Source: Eledone cirrhosa
Lineage: Eukaryota
NCBI GenBank assembly: GCA_964016885.1
Contig: OZ024741.1
Location: forward strand, 35,464,001-35,528,000
DNA length: 64,000 nucleotides
Direction of reading: 5' to 3'
Shown here: piece by piece, positions 52,396-64,000 of the stretch
Position numbering within the stretch: position 1 is the stretch's first letter
How the letters are laid out: each line of letters opens with the position of its first letter
Position numbers and translations under genes: made by a program
The notes under the pieces: generated by a model
Told to the model about the DNA's origin: nothing
The model's database searches: none
What the model saw: only the letters and a program-made list of their open reading frames with translations

Positions 52396-53432
52396 GGAAA
52401 AGAATGAAACGAAATTTCATTTCTCACTCTTAGTACGGCTGATACTTAAATATAAGTATCTATACATACATATATGTATACAGACGTACAGTAGTATGTA
52501 TATATATACATACATGCACATATATATATATGTACGTATGGGTTTACCGAACATTTATTATAATGTTCGGTTTTTTGTAAAAAAAACAGCCCGAATTACG
52601 CCGTACAGTGTTTAGCAACCATCGTCGCACTTTTGTTCAATACGGACAAAGGAACGATGAACTAGTTTCAAGCTTAATAGCTATCGTCAACATCGTATAC
52701 CTTTCTGTCAGATGATTGAACGTTTGAAAGTATATACTTTCCTTATGCATGTTAACAGCTGAGCAGCCTAATTTTCATATCGAGTGAGTTAGTCGGCCGG
52801 GCGTACTGAAAACGATAAATAGAAAAGAATGAAACGAAATTTCATTTCTCACTCTTAGTACGGCTGATACTTAAATATAAGTATGTATACACACATATAT
52901 GTATACAGACGTACAGTAGTATGTATATATATACATACATGCACACATATATATGTACGTATGGTTCACCGAACATTTATTATAATGTTCGGTTTGTTTG
53001 TAAACAAACAGCCCGAATTACGCTGTACAGTGTTTGGCAACCATCGCCGCCCTTTTGTTCAACACTGACAAAGGAACGATGAACTAGTTTAAAGCTTATT
53101 AGCTATCGTCAGCATCGAATAACTTTCTGTCAGATATGAAAATTGGGCTGCTCAGCAGTTAATATGCACAAGGAAAGTATACTTTCAGACGTTCAATCAT
53201 CTGGCAGGAAGGTATACGATTCTGACGATAGCTAATAGGCTTGAAACTAGTTCATCGTTCCTGTGTCAGTATTGAACAAAAGGGCGACGATGGATGCCAA
53301 ACACTGTACGGCGTCTGTTTACAAACAAACCGAACTGTTCGGTAAACCCATACGTACATATATATGTGTGCATGTATGTATATATATATACATACTACTG
53401 TACGTCTGTATACTTATATGTATGTATACATA

Positions 53433-53438
<6 letters not shown>
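52391..53438. mobile_element. Tandem ~422-bp hammerhead repeat (about 1.75 units, minus sense) plus inverted arm 53133-53438
   Basis: Hammerheads at 52654-52696 (-), 53076-53118 (-) and 53216-53258 (+); no meaningful ORF. Confidence 0.85.
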
Positions 53439-53477
<39 letters not shown>

Positions 53478-53659
53478 ACACACTTTATAATATACTTCCC
53501 CGTGAATTTTCTGACATACACATACACACATACACACACATAGACACGTACACACACACATTCATCCAATATTAGATACATACATGCATACATACATACA
53601 TGCATACACACACTAGCATGCATACATACATTCCTAACACGCACACATATACAGTTTAT

Positions 53660-53690
<31 letters not shown>

Positions 53691-53819
53691 CATACATACA
53701 TATATATATATACATACAATTATTCACACACAAATGCCACACTGTTTGCTTTTGACACACCTAAATAGTTATAAAATAGTTGTAGTAAAGTTATCCTTCT
53801 GTCGAACAACATTCAGCTC

Positions 53820-56800
53820 TCCCACCAACACACCGACAGACCGACAGACCAACAGACAGACACACTAACGGACAGACACACTAACACACCAACATACCAA
53901 CAGACCAACACACCAACAGACCAACAGACCAACACACCAACAGACCAACAGACAGACACACTAACAAACCAACATACCAACAGACCAACACACCAACAGA
54001 CCAACACACCGACAGACCGACAGACCAACAGACAGAAACACTAACAGACAGACACACTAACACACCAACATACCAACAGACCAACACACCAACAGACCAA
54101 AACAACAACAGACCGACAGACCAACAGACCGACAGACCAACACATCAACACACCAACACACCAACACACCAACACACCAGCATATCAACATACCAACACA
54201 CCAACACACCAACACACCAATACACCAGCTTACCAACACACCTGCATACCAACACACCAACACACCAACACACCAACACACCAACATACAAACACACCAA
54301 CACAACAATACACCAACACAGCAACATACCAACACACCAATACACCAACACACCAATACACTAACACACCAATACACCAACACACCAATACACCAATACA
54401 CCAACATACCAACACACCAATACACTAACACACCAACACACCAACACACCAATACACCAATACACTAACACACCAATACACCATCACACCAACACACCAA
54501 CACACCAACACACCAACACACCAACACACTAATACACTAACAAACCAATACACCAACACACCAACACACCAATACACCAACACACCAACACACCAACACA
54601 CTAATACACCAACACACCAATACACCAACACACCAACACACCAACACACCAACACACCAACACACCAATACACCAACACACCAACACACCAATACACCAA
54701 AACACCAACACACCAACACACCAACACACCAATACACTAACAAACCAACACACCAACACACCAACACACCAACACCCCAACACACCAATACACCAACACA
54801 CCAACACACCAACACACCAATACATCAACACACCAACACACCAACACACCAACACACCAATACACCAACACACCAATACACTAACACACCAATACACCAT
54901 CACACCAATACACCAACACACCAACACACCAACACACCAACACACCAACACACTAATACACTAACAAACCAATACACCAACACACCAACACACCAACACA
55001 GCAATACACCAACATACCAACACACCAACACACTAATTCACCAATACACCAACACACCAACACACCAACACACCAATACACCAATACACCAATACACCAA
55101 TAACACCAATACAACAACAAACCAACACACCAATACACCAACACACCAACACACCAACACACCAATACACCAACACACCAACACACCAACACACCAACAC
55201 ACCAGCACACCAACACACCAACACACCAATATACCAACACACCAATACAGCAACACACTAATACACCAACACACCAACATACCAAAACACGAACACACCA
55301 ACACACCAATACACCAACACACCAACACACCAACACACCAATACACCAACACACCAACACACCAATACACCAACACACCAATACACCAACACACCAACAC
55401 ACAAACACACCAACACACCAACAAACCAACACACCAATACACCAACACACCAATACACCAACACACCAATACACCAACACACCAACACACCAATACACCA
55501 ACACACCAACACACCAATACACCAACACACCAACACACCAACACACCAACACACCAACACACCAATACACCAACACACCAATACAGCAACACACCAACAC
55601 ACCAACACACCAATACACCAACACACCAATACACCAATACACCAATACACCAACACACCAACACACCAACACACCAACACACCAACAAACCAACATACCA
55701 ACACACCAACACACCAACACACCAATACATCAACACACCAACACACCAACACACCAACACACCAACACACCAATACATCAATACACTAACACACCAAAAC
55801 ACCAACTCACCAACACACCAATACACCAACACACCAATACACTAACACACCAACACACCAACACACCAACACACCAACACACCAACACACCAGCACACCA
55901 ACACACCAACACACCAATAGACCAACACACCAATACAGCAACACACTAATACACCAACACACCATCATACCAAAACACGAACACACCAACACACCAATAC
56001 ACCAATACACCAACACACCAACACACCAACACACCAATACACCAACACACCAACACACCAACAAACCAACACACCAATACACCAACACACCAATACACCA
56101 ACACACCAACACACCAACACACAAACACACCAACACACCAACAAACCAATACACCAATACACCAACACACCAATACACCAACACACCAACACACCAACAC
56201 ACCAACACACCAACACACCAACACACCAACACACCAACACACCAATACACCAACACACCAACACACCAACACACCAATACACCAACACACTAACACACCA
56301 AAATACCAATACACCAATACACCAATACACCAACGCACCAACACACCAATACACTAACACACTAATACACCAACACACCAACATACCAAAACACCAACAC
56401 ACCAACACACCAACACACCAATACACCAACACACCAATACACCAACACACCAACACACCAACACACCAACTCACCAACACACCAAAACACCAACACACCA
56501 ATACACTAACACACCAACACACCAACACGCCAACACACCAATACACCAACACACCAACACACCAACATACCAACACACCAACACACCAACACACCAACAC
56601 ACCAATACACCAACACACCAATACACCAACACACCAACACACCAACACACCAACAAACCAACACACCAATACACCAACACACCAATACACCAACACACCA
56701 ATACAACAACAAACCAACACACCAATACACCAACACACCAACACACCAACACACCAATACACCAACATACCAACACACCAACACACCAACACACCAGCAC

Positions 56801-59800
56801 ACCAACACACCAACACACCAACACACCAACACACCAACACACCAACACACCAATACACCAACACACCAATACACCAACACACCAACACACCAACACACCA
56901 ACTCACCAACACACCAATACACCAACACACCAATACACTATCACACCAACACAGCAACATACCAACACACCAATACACCAACACACCAATACACTAACAC
57001 ACCAATACACCAACACACCAATACACCAATACACCAACATACCAACACACCAATACACTAACAAACCAACACACCAACACACCAACACACCAATACACCA
57101 ACACACCAACACACCAACACACCAATACACCAACACACCAACACACCTAATACACCAACACACCAATACACCAACACACCAATACACCAACACACCAACA
57201 CACCAACACACCAATACACCAATACATCAACACACCAACACACCAACACACCAACACACCAACACACCAATACACCAACACACCAACACACCAATACACC
57301 AAAACACCAACACAACAACACACCAACACGCCAACACACCAATACAGCAACACACCAATACACCAATACACCAACACACCAATACACCAACACACCAATA
57401 CACTAACACACCAACACACCAACACACCAATACACCAAAACACCAACACACCAACACACCAACACACCAATACACTAACAAACCAACACACCAACACACC
57501 AACACACCAATACACTAACACACCAACACACCAACACACCAACAAACCAACACACGAACACACGAACACACCAACACACCAACACACCAATACATCAACA
57601 CACCAACACACCAACACACCAACACACCAACACACCAATACACCAATACACTAACACACCAAAACACCAACTCACCAACACACCAATACACCAACACACC
57701 AATACACAAACACACCAACACACCAACACGCCAACACACCATTACACCAACACACCAACACACCAACATACCAACACACCAACACACCAACACACCAACA
57801 CACCAACACACCAACACACCAATACACCAACACACCAATACACCAACACACCAACACACCAACACACCAACTCACCAACACACCAATACACCAACACACC
57901 AATACACTAACACACCAACACAGCAACATACCAACACACCAATACACCAACATACCAATACACTAACACACCAATACACCAACACACCAATACACCAATA
58001 CACCAACATACCAACACACCAATACACTAACAAACCAACACACCAACACACCAATACACCAACACACCAATACATCAACACACCAACACACCAACACACC
58101 AACACACCAACACACCAATACACCAACACACCAACACACCAATACACCAACACACCAACACACCAACACACCAACACGCCAACACACCAACACAGCAACA
58201 CACCAATACACCAATACACCAACACACCAATACACCAACACACCAATACACTAACACACCAACACACCAACACACCAATACACCAAAACACCAACACACC
58301 AACACACCAACACACCAATACACTAACAAACCAACACACCAACACACCAACACCCCAACACACCAATACACCAACACACCAACACACCAATACACCAATA
58401 CATCAACACACAAACACACCAACACACCAACATACCAACACACCAATACACCAATACACCAAGAAACCGACACACCAATACACCAATACACCAATACACC
58501 AATACACTAACACACCAACACACCAACACACCAACACACCAAAACTCCAATACACCAACACACCAACACACCAATACACCAACACACCAACACACCAACA
58601 CACCAACACGCCAATACACCAACACACCAACACACCAACACACTAATACACCAACACACCAACACACCAACACACCTAATACACCAACACACCAACACAC
58701 CAATACACCAACACACCAACACACCAACACACCAACACACTAACACACCAACACAACAACACACCAACACACCAACACACCAACACACCAATACACCAAC
58801 ACACCAACACACCAACACACCAACACACCAACACACCAATACACCAACACACCAACACACCAACACGCCAACACACCAATACACCAACACACCAATACAG
58901 CAACACACCAATACACCAATACACCAACACACCAATACACCAACACACCAATACACTAACAAACCAACACACCAACACACCAACACACCAATACATCAAC
59001 ACACCAACACACCAACACACCAACACACCAACACACCAATACACCAACACACTAACACACCAAAATACCAATACACCAATACACCAACACACCAACACAC
59101 CAACACACCAATACACTAACACACTAATACACCAACACACCAACATACCAAAACACCAACACACCAACACACCAACACACCAACACACCAATACACCAAC
59201 ACACCAATACACCAACAAACCAACACACCAATACACCAACACACCAACACACCAACACACCAATACACCAACACACCAACACACCAACATACCAACACAC
59301 CAACACACCAACACACCAACACACCAACACACCAATACACCAACACACCAATACACCAACACACCAACACACCAACACACCAACTCACCAACACACCAAT
59401 ACACCAACACACCAATACACTAACACACCAACACAGCAACATACCAACACACCAATACACCAACATACCAATACACTAACACACCAATACACCAACACAC
59501 CAATACACCAATACACCAACATACCAACACACCAATACACTAACAAACCAACACACCAACACACCAACACACCAATACACCAACACACCAACACACCAAC
59601 ACACCAATACACCAACACACCAACACACCTAATACACCAACACACCAATACACCAACACACCAATACACCAACACACCAATACACCAACACACCAACACA
59701 CCAACACACCAATACACCAACACACCGACACACCAACACACCAACACACCAACACACCAATACACCAACACACCAATACACCAACACACCAACACACCAA

Positions 59801-62800
59801 CACACCAACTCACCAACACACCAATACACCAACACACCAATACACTAACACACCAACACAGCAACATACCAACACACCAATACACCAACATACCAATACA
59901 CTAACACACCAATACACCAACACACCAATACACCAATACACCAACATACCAACACACCAATACACTAACAAACCAACACACCAACACACCAACACACCAA
60001 TACACCAACACACCAACACACCAACACACCAATACACCAACACACCAACACACCTAATACACCAACACACCAATACACCAACACACCAATACACCAACAC
60101 ACCAATACACCAACACACCAACACACCAACACACCAATACACCAACACACCAATACATCAACACACCAACACACCAACACACCAACACACCAACACACCA
60201 ATGCACCAACACACCAACACACCAATACAACAACACACCAACACACCAACACACCAACACGCCAACACACCAATACAGCAACACACCAATACACCAATAC
60301 ACCAACACACCAATACACCAACACACCAATACACTCACACACCAACACACCAACACACCAATACACCAAAACACCAACACACCAACACACCAACACACCA
60401 ATACACTAACAAACCAACACACCAACACACCAACACCCCAACACACCAATACACCAACACACCAACACACTAACACACCAATACATCAACACACAAACAC
60501 ACCAACACACCAACATACCAACACACCAATACACCAATACACCAACAAACCAACACACCAATACACCAATACACCAATACACCAATACACTAACACACCA
60601 ACACACCAACACACCAACACACCAAAACTCCAATACACCAACACACCAACACACCAATACACCAACACACCAATACACCAACACACCAATACACTAACAC
60701 ACCAACACACCAACACACCAATACACCAAAACACCAACACACCAACACACCAACACACCAATAACATTACAAACCAACACACCAACACACCAACACCCCA
60801 ACACACCAATACACCAACACACCAACACACCAACACACCAATACATTAACACACAAACACACCAGCACACCAACACACCAACACACCAACACGCCAATAC
60901 ACCAACACACCAACACACCAACACACCAATACACCAACACACCAACACACCAACACACCTAATACACCAACACACCAACACACCAATACACCAACACACC
61001 AACACACCAACACACCAACACACCAACACACCAATACACCAACACACCAACACACCAACACACCAACACACCAACACACCAATACACCAACACACCAACA
61101 CACCAACACGCCAACACACCAATACACCAACACACCAATACAGCAACACACCAATACACCAATACACCAACACACCAATACACCAACACACCAATACACT
61201 AACAAACCAACACACCAACACACCAACACACCAATACATCAACACACCAACACACCAACACATTAAACACACCAATACACCAACACACTAACACACCAAA
61301 ATACCAATACACCAATACACCAACACACCAACACACCAACACACCAATACACTAACACACTAATACACCAACACACCAACATACCAAAACACCAACACAC
61401 CAACACACCAACACACCAACACACCAATACACCAACACACCAATACACCATCACACCAACACACCAACACACCAACTCACCAACACACCAATACACCAAC
61501 ACACCAATACACCAACACACCAACACACCAACACACCAACAAACCAACACACCAATACACCAACACACCAATACACCAACACACCAATACACCAACAAAC
61601 CAACACACCAATACACCAACACACCAACACACCAACAGAACAATACACCAACACACCAACACACCAACACACCAACGCACCAGCACACCAACACACCAAC
61701 ACACCAATAGACCAACACACCAATACAGCAACACACTAATATACCAACACACCAACATACCAAAACACGAACACACCAACACACCAATACACCAATACAC
61801 CAACACACCAACACACCAACACACCAATACACCAACACACCAACACACCAACAAAACAACACACCAATACACCAACACACCAATACACCAACACACAAAC
61901 ACACCAACAAACCAACACACCAATACACCAACACACCAATACACCAATACACCAATACACCAACACACCAACACACCAATACACCAACAGACCAACACAC
62001 CAATACACCAATACACCAATACACCAATACACCAACACACCAACACACCAATACACCAACAGACCAACACACCAACACACCAACACACCAACACACCAAC
62101 ACACCAATACATCAACACACCAATACAGCAACACACCAACACACCAACACACCAACACACCAATACACCAATACACCAACACACCAACACACTAACACAC
62201 CAACACACCAACAAACCTACACACCAACACACCAACAAACCTACACACCAACACACCAACACACCAACACACCAATACATCAACACACCAACACACCAAC
62301 ACACCAAGACACCAATACACCAATACACTAACACACCAATACACCAACTCACCAACACACCAATACACCAACACACCAATACACTAACACACCAACACAC
62401 CAACACGCCAACACACCAATACACCAACACACCAACACACCAACATACCAACACACCAACACACCAACACACCAACACACCAATACACCAACACACCAAT
62501 ACACCAACACACCAACACACCAACACACCAACTCACCAACACACCAATACACCAACACACCAATACACTAACACACCAACACAGCAACATACCAACACAC
62601 CAATACACCAACACACCAATACACTAACACACCAATACACCAACACACCAATACACCAATACAGCAACATACCAACACACCAATACACTAACAAACCAAC
62701 ACACCAACACACCAACACACCAATACACCAATTCACCAACACACCAACACACCAACACACCAACAGACCAATACATCAACACACCAACACACCAACACAC

Positions 62801-64000
62801 CAATACACCAACACACCAATACACCAACACACCAATACACCAACACACCAATACACGAACACACGAACACACCAATACACCAACACACCAACACACCAAT
62901 ACACCAATTCACCAAAACACCAACACACCAACACACCAACAGACCAATACATCAACACACCAACACACCAACACACCAATACACCAACACACCAATACAC
63001 CAACACACCAATACACCAACACACCAATACGCCAATACACCAATACACCAACACACCAACACACCAATACACCAACAGACCAACACACCAACACACCAAT
63101 ACACCAACACACCAACACACCAACACACCAACACACCAATACATCAACACACCAATACAGCAACACACTAACACACCAACACACCAACAAACCTACACAC
63201 CAACACACCAACAAACCAACACACCAACACACCAACACACCAACACACCAATACATCAACACACCAACACACCAACACACCAAGACACCAATACACCAAT
63301 ACACTAACACACCAATACACCAACTCACCAATACACCAATACACCAACACACCAATACACTAACACACCAACACACCAACACGCCAACACACCAATACAC
63401 CAACACACCAACACACCAACATACCAACACACCAACACACCAACACACCAACACACCAATACACCAACACACCAATACACCAACACACCAACACACCAAC
63501 ACACCAACTCACCAACACACCAATACACCAACACACCAATACACTAACACACCAACACAGCAACATACCAACACACCAATACACCAACACACCAATACAC
63601 TAACACACCAATACACCAACACACCAATACACCAATACACCAACATACCAACACACCAATACACTAACAAACCAACACACCAACACACCAACACACCAAA
63701 ACACCAATTCACCAACACACCAACACACCAACACACCAACAGACCAATACATCAACACACCAACACACCAACACACCAATACACCAACACACCAATACAC
63801 CAACACACCAATACACCAACACACCAATACACGAACACACGAACACACCAATACACCAACACACCAACACACCAATACACCAATTCACCAAAACACCAAC
63901 ACACCAACACACCAACAGACCAATACATCAACACACCAACACACCAACACACCAATACACCAACACACCAATACACCAACACACCAATACACCAACACAC
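53820..64000. repeat. 8-bp satellite (CACACCAA)n with variant units and higher-order repeats; runs off the window
   Basis: Over 10 kb of CACA/TACA + CCAA units; marker variants recur at 176, 425, 688 and 976 bp spacing. Confidence 0.98.

Noticed and set aside
53813-64000. Dozens of long VCWCVGVL-type ORFs
   Set aside because: Translation of the 8-bp satellite; no coding evidence
53820-64000. Telomere or CRISPR-like array
   Set aside because: Unit is not TTAGGG and is heterogeneous; there are no unique spacers

Overview
Eukaryotic, AT-rich, gene-free repeat landscape, most likely an octopod cephalopod. That call is an inference from the tRNA-derived SINE family and the (TA)n density. No host protein-coding gene could be supported. 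Bases 1-53.8 kb are a mosaic of several element types. Non-LTR retrotransposons: a near full-length L1/Tx1, a 5'-truncated sister copy with an open ORF2 set in (TCTA)n, a third Tx1 3' end in (TTA)n, an R4/Dong-like element, a CRE-like fragment and RTE fragments. Also many Penelope-like elements (mostly Naiad-type RT/GIY-YIG remnants), Helitron, Tc1/mariner and hAT relics, SINEs and microsatellites. Bases ~53.8 kb to the end are an 8-bp satellite with higher-order structure. The main hidden signal is RNA structure. At least a dozen type-I hammerhead ribozyme motifs from several families can be folded by eye, most next to (TA)n tracts and many inside fold-back duplications. One family sits in a ~422-bp ORF-less tandem repeat whose copies are circularly permuted, which makes it a retrozyme candidate. 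All calls were made by eye; boundaries are approximate and no database search was run.
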